Positions 48,778 through 62,872 of a DNA stretch of 64,000 nucleotides are shown here, piece by piece. Positions within the stretch are counted from its first letter, which is position 1. The number at the start of each line of letters is the position of its first letter. A program made the translations under genes and the position numbers. The stretch is taken from assembly GCF_018350175.1 (NCBI RefSeq), contig NC_058368.1, positions 140,308,001 through 140,372,000 of the forward strand, read 5' to 3'. The notes under the pieces are model-generated. The model did not search any database. It was not told where the DNA came from and was given only the letters and a program-made list of their open reading frames with translations. The stretch is from Felis catus. Its lineage: Eukaryota.

Positions 48778-50462
48778 CTCATTTACTCAACTACTTTCTT
48801 TTTTGAGTGCCTGTGATACAACACTGAACACGCTATTTGGGGTCAACTCCCACAGAGCTTATGTAAAAGTGAACATCAGGTACAGTAGAGTCAGGTCAGA
48901 GTTGTTGTGAGGCAACTAGACGGTGCTGTGAAAGCAGAGAAGAGGTCTTCCTGTCACTTCCTGAGAAGTGACATCTGAGCTAAGACCTGAAATATAGTAG
49001 GTGATAGCCAGGCAAAGAGATAGAAAAAGAACATTGAAGACAACACACAAAATACTATCTGAAAAGCTCTGGAAGCAAGAGTTAACAGTAGGTAAGTAAC
49101 AGATCATGAAGGATCTTATAAATTGCATTATCCTGTGGGTGATGGGGAGCCCTTGAAGTGTTTTGGGAAGAGGGACAAGATCAGACAAGAGCTAGAGAGT
49201 TTACTCCAGTGGCCAGAAAGGCAGCAGGAGGACTGGTTAGGACACTGAAAATAGTGATGTGAACTAGAAAAATGTGGGTAGGAAAGGAGAGAAATCAATA
49301 TTCAACATGTTCACAGAAACTTAGAGATACAATAAACAAAATTTCGTGGTGGGTTAGATGGTGGGGTGCGGAAAGAGGTTGTCAAAGATGATTCCAATTT
49401 CTGCCTGGGCAGTCGAGTGGATGGTGATGGGCATTTTGAGATTGGGACACAGAAGGGAGAATAGGTTTGGGCTGGCATCGGGAAGATAATGAGCACCATT
49501 TTGGATGTGTTGGGTTTTCATGTCAACCTGATGTTGTCTGATAGGCATTTGAATTACTATGTTTGGATGCCAGAAAGACACCTGAGCTGGGGATAGAGTG
49601 TTCTTTCACTAATTCGTTAAACAGATGATTTTGGAATATGTATCACGTGGCAGGAATTATTCTGGTTCTTGAGATACAGCAGTGGACAAAACAGACCAAA
49701 AACCCCTGGTTTGATGGAGCTTATATTCCAGTTGGGGAAAGACAGTCAAAAAACAATTAGATAAGCAAAGTAGATATATCAAATGGTCCTAAGTAGAGGG
49801 AAAATAAAGTTACATTACGGCATAGAGGGCACTGGGGCCAGGGGATGACTATTAACACGATGGTCTAAGAATATGCGACTATAAAAGATGACATTTAAGC
49901 AAAGATGCAGGAAGATACTTCAAAGAGAACATTCACAGAGGCAACAGTGAGTGCAAAGGTCCAAGGGTGTAAGTGCAGGAGACCACTAGCAGGAAAGGTA
50001 AAGAAGCTTTTTACCCTGGAGCAGCATAAGCAAGGTGGACTGCAAGAGGCAATAGGTCAGAGTGGACACAAAAGGCTTTGGTCTTCATGCTGAGAGACAT
50101 GAAAATCCATTGGAGGGTTTTGAGCAGAGTAGTGACATGATCTCAAGGATGTTTTCAAGGAGAACTGGCCTTTGTGTTTAAAATATATTATAAAGGATCT
50201 GAGGTGGAATCAAAGAGACCAATTGGGAATGCACTGCAATTATTGTGGCAAGATACAGTAGTGCCAGTGGACAGGGTAAGAACTGGTTAGATTCCAGGGG
50301 CACCTGGGTGACTTAGTCGGCTAAGCATCCAACTGCAGCTCAGGTCACAATCTCACAGTTTGTGACTTCGAGCCCTGCACCAGGCCTTGTGCTGACAGCT
50401 CAGAGCCTGGAACCTGCTTCAGATTCTGTGTGTGTCTCTCTCTGCCCTTCTCTGTCTGTCTG

Positions 50463-50515
<53 letters not shown>

Positions 50516-51180
50516 AAAAATAAACATTAAAAAAAATTAAAAAAATAAATTGGTTAGATTCTGAAACTATGTCGCAGACCAGAGGCATTACTGAAAGTCT
50601 GGATGGTGAGGTATGAGAATGAGTTGTTGGGGGGAAAGATACTCAGAATGACTTCCAGGCTTTTGACCAGAGCCACTGAAAGGCTGGAATTGCCTTTGTT
50701 TATATAGGAAAGATTGTGTGAGGGGAAGGTTAAGGAGAAAGAATCAGGAGCTCACTTTTGTTCATGTTAAGTTTGAGATGCTATTAAATATCCAAGTGGA
50801 GATGTCGGCTAGGCAGTTCCATGTATGAGGCCAGAGTTCAGGGGAGAAGACTAGGTGGGAGGTAAAAAGGTGAGTCCTTGCAGTGTATAGATGAAATTTA
50901 AAGTCATGATGTCAGATGACACCACCAAAGGACGACTTGTAGATAGAGAAGAGGGGAATTCTGAGAACTCAGGCCAGAGACATGAGAGAATCCAAAGGTC
51001 AAGCTGATAAGGAGAAGTCAGGAAGGGAGATGGAGACTGAGTGAGTGAGGTAAAAGGAAAAGACATTAGGTAGGTCCTGGGAGCCAAGTGAAGAAAATGG
51101 TTCCAGAGGAGGGAGTGATCAGGTATGATAGATGCTGGTCATGGACCAAATAGATTAGCGAATTTGTTACTAGAATTGGA
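48778..51180 (-). mobile_element. Degraded L2 fragments with nested CanSINE (50297-50549, + strand, TSD tggttagattc)
   Basis: gatacagcagtggacaaaacagac...atggagcttatattc, ccattggagggttttgagcagag.agtgacatgatc, catgttaagtttgagatg..tatccaagtggagatgtc. Confidence 0.75.
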
Positions 51181-54100
51181 GTTATGGCAGCTACTAAATT
51201 ACTGGCATGGAGGTGAAGATCGGGGCCTGCTCACCTGTCTCAAGGCAAAAGCCCAGTAGCCAGACTCCCATCCACGGCAACAGGTAGTCCTGAGGCAGCC
51301 CCAGGTTTGACACAATCTTGAGGTTTAGCTGACTTCTGTACCCCAGGCAGGGCTGAATCTGCAGGTGGGAGATAAATGGCCCCACCTGTAAAGACGGGAG
51401 GACCTTAGGGACAATCAACACGTGTACACATGTGCATGTTTGAAGACAACCAACCATCCCTTTGTTCTTCTGCACTCTTGTGGCATAACTCTCCTGGCAG
51501 TTGGGCTGGTGACCATATGTGGAGATCAGGCAGTAGGGTTAGAGAGGCTGGGGGCGGGGGGGGGGGGGTGGGGGGTGGGGGAGAGCGGTAGTTCAAGTCA
51601 AAGGAAACAAAAAACAGAGGCCTACAGAAGAATAATGTGTCTGAGAAGGCAAAGGGTCTAGTCCCGTGGTAAATCCATCAGGGTAAGGAGATCCAGGGTT
51701 ACCATAGCAGGTAATGGCATAGGCAGCAAGTTTAGTGTACCTGGCTAGGAGACAAGGAAGGGTTCAACAGGCCAGAAACTCGGGCCAGGAGAGTAGACAA
51801 CAAAAAAAAAAACCCAGCCTGTCAACAAGTGGTCAGAGTAATTAGGAGGCATCGTCATCTGCAAAAATGAGGCCTGACACTGTAAGTCAGAAATCTCTGT
51901 AAAGTCTACACTTAGCACAACAGGACAATACTAGCTTGCAGTTGACCCTCAGTAATGTTCATTGGAACTGCCTCTTGCCCAAGGCCAGAACTAGCCCAGG
52001 TGGAGGTGGGGTGGCAGAACTACAGTGAAATTTGGGGGAGGGAGGTGCCTCTCTGTTCATGCACTCAGCTGTGGCCAACCACCTCCACTCGATCCTCTAC
52101 CTTCATCCCAACTCTAGAGTAACAGCTGGGGATCCTTGTCGAGACCAGCTGCACAGTGCCCCTGAGGACCTACCACAGTGACCGGGACTCCGTGGTCCGT
52201 GTGGTGCACTTCTTCTTCCAACTCTGAATTTCTGAATTCTGAGGCATGGCCTTGAGAAGCAGAGAGCAGTATTTGCAGTTCTGCTGGGATCGAGGGGGGG
52301 TTGGGACAAAGGAAAAAGCAAGTAGTTCTAGCTGGGTATATGTCCTTGAGGCTGGGACACATAGTGAGGCTGGGAAGACAGGATAGCTTTGAGAAGCATT
52401 ACAAGGGAAGAAATGAAAAGCAGAGCTAAATGATAGATCTTTGAAGTTTGAGCATTATTGAATATACAAGTCATTATATAGTATTTGGACAATTTCTAAT
52501 CATCCCTCTACAACATCAGCCTCTGTCCTGTGTCAGAAATAAGCAGGGAGCCTATTATATGTACTGTAAACAATGGGCAACTGATGTGAGACTCTTCTAA
52601 CAGATGGGAAATATGACTACAACAGTGTCCCAGAAAAAGAACAGCTTTTCCCAGCTTGTCAGAAATCTAAACGGGAGCCCACCCACTGAGCCACATTGGT
52701 CCAGGGGAGCTTCCTTTTTCCATCATCTCTCCACACCGAGGTGCTGCCACCATCTAAATCATCTCAGTCTTCCTTGGACTGGAGGATGCCAACACAGGAC
52801 ATGTTCCATTTATTGGGTTCAGTCAAGGCTGGTTGGAGTCCCGCCCTCTCTCTTATAACTATGAAAAAAATAGTAACTTTTCCCTCCTCTCTTTGAATCT
52901 TCAAAGAGTAAACAATATGTAATGATAGGTTGACCTTGATTGATCTAGTGTTCATTAATCCCATTCTTTACTTCCCTTCTTTTTCTCCCCTCCTTGGTCA
53001 AGGTTTAAAACCCCCCTGAAAATCCTAAACATAGCCCACCTGATGTAAGAGGATACATGGGCTGGCTCACTTTCGTTCTCAGTTCCGGCCTTCCGGTCAT
53101 TCTGGGTCCAGGCGTGACTTCCTGCTGCCACACTGTGGGTGTGGCAAAGCTCCACTGCGGACGCTTCCTATGTCCTTATGGCCCAGTGGCCATATTTACC
53201 CCTTCTCCATGGAGCTCAGGGCAAGGAAGTCCCGCTTTGTTAAGTGATGAAACCAAAGCTGTCCCTGCTTGGCCTCCACACAGAATCCCTCAGCCCAGCA
53301 GGCCTGTCTCGTGGGTATTCATCCAGCAGCATGCTCCTCGGCCTTTTTCTGGCCACTGGCCTCCTTCTTCCTCCCCCCTGACACATGCAGTTTCAGACAT
53401 GACCTCAGAAAGCATTTGAAAGTAAACCCTGATTGATTCCACCTGCTATTCCCTGCTTGTCCTGGTCAGCTGCTGCTGTCACCCAACACTGCGGGATGGT
53501 CCTTTTCCTCCATGAGCTGAAACCAAGGCATCTGCCCAGAATTAACCAAACTAAGCCCCTCCCCTGAGGGCTGTTACTGTTTAGGCAGAGAAGTTCCCCA
53601 TTCGGTCTCCACGCTCTATCCTGAAGGTCTTTAATCCTGGATCTTTTGCTGACCAGCTGTGCGACCTCAACGAGACCACTCCGCATAACTGTGCCTTATT
53701 TGTTTGAGATACAAAATGAGGACATTCTACATCTGTGGCTCTGAAGATAAAGACCATACTGATTTTTTTTTTTGAAGATTTTGAGATGAAGTATTCTTTC
53801 ATTCAACTATCGTTTCTAACCAATCTACACTCCATCTGTGTCCGTTCACCGTGCCTCATTATTCTTTGTAGGCCTTTTCATTGTATTATACATGTTTATA
53901 TTTTATGTGACCTGAGTCTTTTTGGCCATTCAGCCAATGTCAGACCCTTTCTGTCTCCGGCAGTTAGAAGTGGAGTGTGAGGGGGTGGGAAGCATGCTTC
54001 ACCCACCACCTCCTCCCCAGGTAGTCTGTTATGATGGCAGCAAATCCTAGCAAATGTGCACATGGGCACAGAAACAGTCATGCAGCCTGTTCTGGACTCC

Positions 54101-54710
54101 GGGGAAGTCCATCTCTCTGCCCTTGGGTACTGAACAAGCCTTACACGCAAGGGCTATGGGAACATCAAGATACGCTGATGACGAGGCCATCAGACTTAGA
54201 GCTGGTCAGGACTTTAAGTCTCAGGGGCCAGTGGCTCTAGAATCTGGGGTCTCAGCTAAGGGTACCATTCCACCAGTTTTAGGTGGCTGGGCTTACAGGA
54301 TACTTGTTCATCCATGGTGCTGAGGGCAGAACTTTCTTTCCAATCAACTGCATATCAACCACTCATATCACCAATGAGAAATTGTCTCTTTGTTCATTAA
54401 CAGACTTTTCTTCTGCACATTTCTAAAATGATGTGTAAAGCCCGAAATAACTTTCTCTAGCCTGTTGATTCCTGATTAACATGTTTCAAATTCTAGAGTA
54501 TAGAGCAATTTCTCTTTATACTGAAGTACTTTTAAAGCAAGTTACCACCCAGATCATACGATGTTAAGGTGGATGTTTGTTTACTATCTGTTACCCACTA
54601 GAATGTGAGGTCCTTCAGGGATGGACTTTGTTTTCCTTACTTATTAGCATAGCTCTAGGTGAATGGGAGGAAGGGAAGGGAAGGGGGTGCTTTTGAAAAT
54701 TCAGCTGGTT

Positions 54711-54942
54711 GGAGCACCTGGGTGACTCCATTGGTTAAACATCAGGCTCTTAATTTCAGCTCAGGCCATGATCTCAGGGTTTGTGAGATAGTCCCCCATG
54801 AGGGGCTCTGTGCTGAGCATGGAGCCTGCTTGATATTCTCTCTATCCCTCTCTCTCTCTGCCCCTCCCCATTTGCGTGCATGCACGCACATAATCTCTCT
54901 CAATCTCTCTCTGAGTAAACAAACCTTAAAAAAAAAATTAAA
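54711..54942 (+). mobile_element. CanSINE
   Basis: ggagcacctgggtgactc head, CT-rich body, A tail. Confidence 0.85.
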
Positions 54943-55526
54943 ATCCAGCTGTTATGGGCTGTGGGTTTCCTGCCCATGTGGGATCTAGTACCTCCACCCC
55001 CCATCTAGGTGAGCTGCTTAGACCTGTTGTAAGGGAGGTAGTGCTCCTCTTCCCTTTCCACCTCTGCTGTCAGAGCCTGTGACCTCCCAGTCCTTCAGCT
55101 GCCAGCTCCCCCTTGCCCACACCCTGCCTACTGGAAACCCTCCTCCTCTTCTCTTCCCCTTCCTCTATCAACAGGGCCAAGGATGCCTGGTGCTGCCAGA
55201 AAATACAAGGTAACTTAGATCAGTCCTTTAGCCTTTCTGGGGCTTGGTTTCCTCACCTGAAAAATGGAGGTGAGTCAGGCTCTGTGCTGAGGATTTAGGT
55301 CATCTATTTAACCTTATGTAATCCTCACTCCAAGCTTACAAGGTAAGGAGTCTTACTCCACTTTCTGGTTAGGAAAATGAGGCACAAAGAGGGCAGGTAA
55401 TTTGCCCCGGGTCCCTGAGGCTCAAACCCAGCTGTGTGACCCTGCAGTGCTGCTCCCAGGACAGACATACCTACGTCTCTCCTAGCAGGTTTTGGTGGTG
55501 GGGGGAACCTCTGAGAACTGGCTTCC

Positions 55527-55754
55527 TTTTTTTTTTTTTTTAATGTTTTATTGTTTATTTATTTTTGAGAGAGAGAGAGCAAGCAGGGCAGGGGCAGAGA
55601 GAGAGGGAGACACAGAAGAATTGGAAGCATGCTCCAGGCTCCGAGCTGTCAGCACAGAGCCCGATGCAGCACTGGAACCCAGGGTCCACTGCGAGATCAT
55701 GACCTGAGCCGAAGTCGGTTGGATGCTAAATGGAGTGAGCCACCCAACCACCCC
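55527..55754 (-). mobile_element. CanSINE
   Basis: poly(T), (GA)n, gagatcatgacctgagccgaagtc; TSD ending tggcttc. Confidence 0.88.
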
Positions 55755-57897
55755 TGGGAATTGGCTTCTAAGAAGCTCACCTGGTAACTGGGAAATACAG
55801 TCATGTTCAGGAATCCTGGCCTTAGATGAACTCTGAATTCCCTCCCAGTGCTGTCTTTCACTCCATTATTATCCATCCTGGCCCAGGCACTCACCTAGTA
55901 GCTTCATCAGATACACGGTGACTCACAAAGACTTCCATTATTGCCCGACTGTGAATATTTGCATATCAACAGCACAAGCTGTAGGAAGACCCTTGTTGGC
56001 GGTGGGGATGAGAGGGCTCCTTTGGGCCCAGGGATTACTCTTGGCTCACAAGCCATAGGTAAGTCCTTCTCCACTTGTATGTGACTAAGGCAAGGCCCGC
56101 TTGCAGTGCTATAGGATGCCATCCTCCCAGGTTAGGGAGGACACACACAGACCATACACACACACACCCACGACTTACCTGGATGAGACATACTTTCTCT
56201 TTGTTGAAGATCAGAAAGTAATTGAATTCAGCCTTTTCTGATTTCAGAATGTGAAATTAGGGTTATTTCCTGTGTACAAGCAAAGATTATAGTCTGGCAT
56301 CAGTAAACATGGCCTGACCAATGCCCATTAGAATGCCCTTCACAGAAATCTACTTCCAACATATTTTTAAGATGTGGGGAAATTCCTTCGTTCTTTCCAC
56401 AAGTATCCTAGAGGGGTTAAGCAATGAATGAATGGAAAGACTCCACAGTCCTGCCCCAAAGATCAGGCTGAATCCAGACACAGAACTGTGACATTGGTAC
56501 AACCCAGTCCTGGGGGGGGGTGCGGTTGGGGGGACCTTGTTCAGCAGAGAAAGCCTCCATGACCGCCCAGAATCCTGCTTGCACAGCAGCTGCGTAAAAG
56601 TTGGAAGAGAAAGAAATGATTCAGGTTAGATGAGAAACAGATCGCCTCTGGGGGAAATGAGCTGTGAAAAGCAGAGTAAATAAGAGAACAGGAGCAGGGA
56701 GGGAGAAGAAAAGAGGTTGGATGAAACCTTTGCCTTGGAATCCCGTCCTGTGGGCCATAGTCTCCCTCCTATCCCACCCCCACACACACCGTCTCATAAA
56801 CGTTTCCCCTGCCTGTGTTACACTGCCTGATAGTTCCTAATGAACACATCCAGCCCTTGCGTGTGAAGGTGTTCATTGCAACATCATTCATGTTCCCCTA
56901 GTTTGGAAAGCTCCCGATTATCCAGTGGTATGGTTACAGAAACAATGGTTATATGCCAAATCACTTCATTTTAAACAAAACATAAACAACGTGGGATGGT
57001 TTTATTCATTTTGGGGGGGAAGAGCAGAAAGCAAAATTGTATAAATCCTGTGATTGGTAAAGATATGGATATGAAAATATGGAAATGAAAATATGAAAAA
57101 TATGGAAGCACCCTGAAAGGAATTCAGAAATGAAAAGCATTTTTTGGAGGAGGGGGGGCACGTAGATATTTTGCTTTTGTAATTTCCTTTGGTATATCAT
57201 AAGAAATCCAATCAATTCAAACATGCAGTTTTCTCTGGAAGAATTGCAGGGTTCTCAGCCCAGGATACACCTGCGATTCACACAGGACATAAAAAATATC
57301 AATGCCTGGGCTTCCAGTAGAGCAACAAAGTCAGAACTTCTGTGGGTGTGGCCCTAGGCATTGGTATTGCCACATCACTGTGGGTTTTTTTTTTTTAATG
57401 TTTATTTTGAGAGAGAAGGAGAGCTTGAAGGGGAGAGGGGGAGGGGCAGAGGAAGAGGAAGAGAGACCCATCCCCAGCCTGAGATCGCCTCCTGCCCTCT
57501 GCACCCCCATAGTACCCTGTGGCTATCTGTGTCACTGAGTTTAGCATGTTGTGTTTTCATGATCTTTTGGCATCCGTCTTAATGCAAAAGAGGACTTTAC
57601 CTTAGTAATTTTGGGGTCCCAAGTGTAGTACTTGGCATATAATGCTTAATAAATGCTTGTTAAATGAATAAATGCATAGAAGGATGTGTAATTTAGGACC
57701 ATGTTAAGGACCATTTTGGAGTTTCTAGTGCTCCTAGCATTGCAGTCCAGTAGCTCAGATGGATTCAGTGGTGAAATTGCTCTTTTAGGTTAATCCGGGA
57801 AACTTGCCATCGTTTGTAACATTTCCGTGAGAAAAAATGAAATTCATTTTGTGCTTTAAAGAGCCAACTACTGTATGAATCTTTAGATCACAATGTA

Positions 57898-58374
57898 CAG
57901 TAGTCCGCATTATCCGAGGTTTCCCTTTATGTGGTTTTGGTGGGCGACTCGTGTCAACTCAGGTCTGAGAGCAGATGAGCCTCCTCCTGATGCAGTGCCG
58001 GAAGGCCAGCAGTAGCCTAATGGCATGTCATGGTGCCTGTGTCATTCACCTCATCGCACGTCATCACAAGAGGCATTAAGTTATAGGGGTGCCTGGCTGG
58101 CTCAGTCAGTAGAGCATACTACTCTTGATCTCAGGGTTGTGGGTTCAAGCCCCACACTGAGTGTAGAGATTACTTAAAAATAAAATCTTGAGGGGCACCT
58201 GAATGGCTCAGTCACTCAAGCGTCTGACTCTTCGTTTCGGTTCAGGTCACAATCTCACGGTTCATGGGATCAAGCCCTGTGTTGGACTCTGTGCTAACAG
58301 CATGGCGCCTGCTTAGGATCCTCTCTCTTCTCTCTCTCTGCCCCTCTCCCGCTGGTACTCTTTATCTCTCTCTG

Positions 58375-58415
<41 letters not shown>

Positions 58416-58727
58416 ATAATTAAGTAAACATTTTTAAAAAATAAAACTAAGAAAATAAAATCTTAAGAAAAAAAGGAAGAGTGAGTACAGTACAATATTT
58501 TGAGAGACCACATTCACATAACTTTTATGACAGTATATTGTTATAATTGTTCCACTTTCCTTTTAGTTATGGTTGATCTTACTGTGCCTAGTTTATAAAT
58601 TAAACTTTATCTTAGGTAAGTATGTATAGGAAAAAATACGTATATGGAGTGCGGTACTCTGTGGTTTTAAGCATCCCCTGGGGGTCTTTGTTGGAGCATC
58701 CCCCCTGCAAATGAGAAGGGACTACTG
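57898..58727. mobile_element. MER44/Tigger7-like DNA transposon with two nested CanSINEs (58086-58190 and 58192-58460)
   Basis: TA|cagtagtcc...ggactactg|TA terminal inverted repeats with TA duplication; internal ccacattcacataactttta motif. Confidence 0.85.
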
Positions 58728-58964
58728 TAATACTGATTTAAGGACTGCCTATACGTTCCAAAATGCCCCTTGCTGAGTCCTTAGTATGCCTTTTCTAACT
58801 TCTACCACTGATTTGACTGAATTATCTAAAAACAGTTTTTCCCAAAAGTTTAGACTGAGCAAAGAGAATGCTTACATTTTACCCCTTAACAGGTACATCC
58901 CATGAGCTGAGTCTGCATCTGTGCCATTGCGGGCCTTTCAAAATGAGCATTTAATTTGTTTTCC

Positions 58965-59076
58965 TTTTTTTCTCATTAATTTTTTTAAGTAGGCTCCGCA
59001 CCCAACGTGGGGCTTGAACTCACAACCCTAAAATCAAGTGTCTCATGTTGTCCTGACTGAGCCGCCCAGGCACCCC
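58965..59076 (-). mobile_element. Short CanSINE
   Basis: gactgagccgcccaggcacccc; TSD taatt(t/c)gttttcct. Confidence 0.85.
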
Positions 59077-60599
59077 TAATTCGTTTTCCTGACTTCAGCA
59101 GTCAACGGGGCAGATGCTTCAGTCAGTGTTTAAAACAACAGCTAATGCTGGCATGGTGCCTACCACGTGCTGGGCACTGCCTAAATGCCACTACTAGTCA
59201 GCATCCCCTGCTTCTTCCCAGGAGCCCCATAAAACCCCCTGCTGACCCTGCCCTGAAGTCAGAAAAACCAAATAAGAAAGAGGCTGAATGTGAGGGCAAA
59301 ACTATCCTCACTTTCCGGAATGGTGCCAGCAGATTCCTTTTCCCAGACTCTAACCAAAGCTGGAAATGGTATAAATGAACCGGCCCCTACAACATGGTGA
59401 AGGCCCTGGAGAAAGCACAGTCCGGCTGCAGTGAGGGAGGCCTGGCGGCCACATCCACCATCAGCTGAGCCCGAGGGCTGCAGTGAGCCAGGTCCCTGCA
59501 CTAGCACTGGGGTTCTCAGACAGGAGGAGTTAATGGGGCAGGGACAAAGCCACCTGGATAAAATGTGGAACAGGACTGCTGTTTGGGAAAAGAATTTCTA
59601 CTTAAAAGATTTAAGTAGGTTGAGCAAGAATTGAAAACAAAGGATTCTGTCTGGAGAGGTAGGCGAACAAGGGATGGAGTTTATAGAAAGATAGTAGATC
59701 ATTTCATTCTTTCTCGTTGGCACCTGTTGGATACAAGAAGGCACAAAACATCTTTGGTCTGAAAAAAACATTCATTAGTTTGTCCTGCTGCTGAGAAGTC
59801 AGCCAGTGAATTCCAGCCTTTGCAAACTCTCAGCTATCTCTCCACCCTCCAAGGACTTAATGAGCACGAGGTGACTTGTACTTTGTGTGTCTGTAGGAGT
59901 TAATGGCATTCCTTTAATAAGACCAAGGGAATGAATGAACTAAAAGGTTATTTACTTTATAAACAGATAACCCGCAAAGGAGAGCTACTTTGAGAATGAT
60001 TTTTGTAAGACAGCTGTGTGTCCGATGCACGGGAAATCATACCCTTCTGCTCGCAAGTATTTGAAGAAAGAATTTACTTATCCAAGGAAAGGATGGTCAC
60101 ATTTTCTCAAATCCCAACGCTAATTTAAGGAAGCTGTGTGCTTTTATCCATACCAGATTTTCATATGCAGAACTGCCTCAGCGTGGTAAAGGAAAATAGA
60201 GAGTCAGGATATAAAGATCTGACCATTGTTTGTGTTTTAGAAGCTTCTGATACCAGATGCTCCTGGTGTATGTCTCTTAGTGCTGTCCAGAAATCTCAGG
60301 AAGTTGTCCATTCCTCTGCTCCAGTGTCCATAACATAAGGAGAGAGATGCTCATATTTTATACCCTGTTCTGAGTGACAGCTTGGGAAAATACAGTTATT
60401 TTAACCCAGCTGTAATTTCTGCTTGGGTCCCTCTGTAGGTTCAGCATGGAGAGAATTCTTCCTACGGAAGAAAGTTTTCCTCTTATCAGCAACATACACA
60501 CTAGCCATTTTTCGCAGAACGATACAGTTTATCTTACTGCTGTAAGATGTATTTGCTAATTTATGACTCTAGAATCTAGAAACTAAAATGTGGTTTTAA

Positions 60600-61262
60600 A
60601 AAAAGTGAAAGAGGGGAGCCTGGGTGGTTCAGTCCGTTAAGCATTTTACTTTGGCTCAGGTCATGATCTCACGGTTGGTTTGATATGTGAGTTCAAGCCC
60701 CACATTGGGCTTTCTGCTGTCAGTGTAGAGCCAGCTTCAGATCTTCTGTCTCCCCCTCTCTCTGCCGCACCCTCCCCCCTGGTCTGGCACTCTCTCTCTC
60801 AAAAAAGGACTTTTTTTTTTAAGTGAAAGAGGCCAATCTGTAAGGCTACCTACTGTAGGGTTCCAACTATATGACATTCAGGAAAAGGCAAAATTATGGA
60901 AACCGTAAAAAGATCAGTGGTTGCCAGAGGTTATTGGCGAAAAAGAAGGGGTGAATAAGGGGAGCACGGGGTTTTTTAGAGCAGTGAAACTATTACTCTG
61001 TATGCTACTGTAATGGTGGATATGTGCCATGATACATTTGTCAAAGCCCACAGACTATAAAACACGGAATGAACCCTGACCTAAATTAAGGACTAAACAG
61101 TGTATTAATATCGGTTCATCAATTGTGAACATAAGTACCACACTAAGATGTTAATAATGGCAGTGCGGGGTGAGGGGGATATATGGGAACTGTCTTTGCT
61201 TTTCACTCAATTTTTTGAAAAGTTTTTTGAAAACCTAAAACTCAAGAAAGTATTTAAAAAAA
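60600..61262 (+). mobile_element. L1MC/MD-like 3' end with nested CanSINE (60613-60820, TSD aagtgaaagagg)
   Basis: ttccaactatatgacattc.ggaaaaggcaaaa.tatgga...aaaagatcagtggttgccag. Confidence 0.8.
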
Positions 61263-62872
61263 AGGAGTTCAGCCTCGTAGCATCTCCATGGAGGTGAAGA
61301 AGGCAGCGGATGATGATGTCGTCCTACTTAGGTCCTCTCTGGTACCCAACCTGCAGCTTCCTGCAATTTCATTTGAAAATAGTTATCAGCACATTAAATC
61401 TTATCTTTCTAGTCATTGTTACTACTACTAGTCTCTTTGTTTAAAAACAAAGCAAAAAGAAGAAGAATGTAAAATTAGCCTACTCTCTTCTCAAGAAGTT
61501 CCTGTTTTGGTGTCAGAGATTCTGTTACACCCCTTCCACACTGCAAACAGGTGGCAACTTTGCCACACTGCAGAGGTCCAAGTACTCTACTTTCTAGGTG
61601 TTTTGGCCAAAAAGAGGATTGGTGTTTGCTGCCCCCTTTCCGGCCTCTTCTGACCCCTGGACTCACTGGCCCCTGCACGAACTCCCAGGCTCGCTTCCGA
61701 CAGGAGTTCTTATTCCTCTCTACGGTGTGGGAAGGGGGTCAGTTAGCTAATAACCACAACAAACATCCACATGTTGTAGAAAATGTCTCTAGGAACAGCA
61801 CAAGTAGTGATGGGTAGTTGTTACGACTGACCGGCTGAAGGAAAGCCCACGCGTACACGTTTACAAATCAAAGAAAGATGTGTACCAGATGCCGCATTTT
61901 ACAGCATAGAAAATGCACTTCCCTCTGGAGGGGGAAAAAATGTGTCCACCCATTATCTTGCATTCAATTTGCTTTCAATTCATACATGTACCCAGTGAGG
62001 CATAAAAAACTGAACTGGCATAAAGGCAGAGGAAATCCATATTCTCGCATGATGTCAGTCCCCTCGTGAACCACATGAAGTCTCCTACCTAGAAGTCCAC
62101 GGTAAAATCCCATTCAATGCTCATAAAGACAGTACGTCTTTTCTTTTCTGAAGAATGTGTCAAGAAATGGGATGTGGTCTTATTTATATACCACCTGCCC
62201 GTCTCAAATGCCAGTAGAGTGAACAAGATCATCTCTAGGCCTACGATCTGATTGTCCCCTGTCATATTTTTCTGGACTTGATTTCCCACGTGGAAGTCTC
62301 ATGAGGAAGGAGGAAGTACCATTAGCTCCCTGGCAGGCCACCCAGCTCAGTATTCAGTGTTTGCCTGCTACCAAAACCTTTGTGAAGTGAGCATGACAAT
62401 TTACCTCTATGGCACCAGAAAGGGGAGGAATACAACCCAGTCATCCCTGATTGTCTCTGAGAATACCATGGCTTTAGTTATTTAAAGTCTTGCACGTTAA
62501 TTAAGCTGTAAGAAAGTAGGGAGTTAAGCATCTAAGGAAAATGTGGTCTTATATTTTAATTTAACTCTGGAAGAAGAGAGAAGAGACTTTTCTTCCTGCA
62601 ATTTCCTTTTTCTTTCTGTTCATGATAAACTGGAACCTATGGGCAAGACAAGAATCACTCATGGTGCTGAGAAACTCACGCGCTGAAGGAACAATGCTCA
62701 CAGCTGGGGTTCCCTGCCTCCAGATGTGCTAACAAGCATTTGATCATTTGCCTTAATGATGTACAAAACTCTTCGTGGAGATCCTCGAGCACTCCCCCGT
62801 AGGCTGTTTGCGTCTAAGGCTGCATCTGCGGAGTCACTTTGTCAACCTTGTCTTGTGTCTCTTCCCTTGCAG

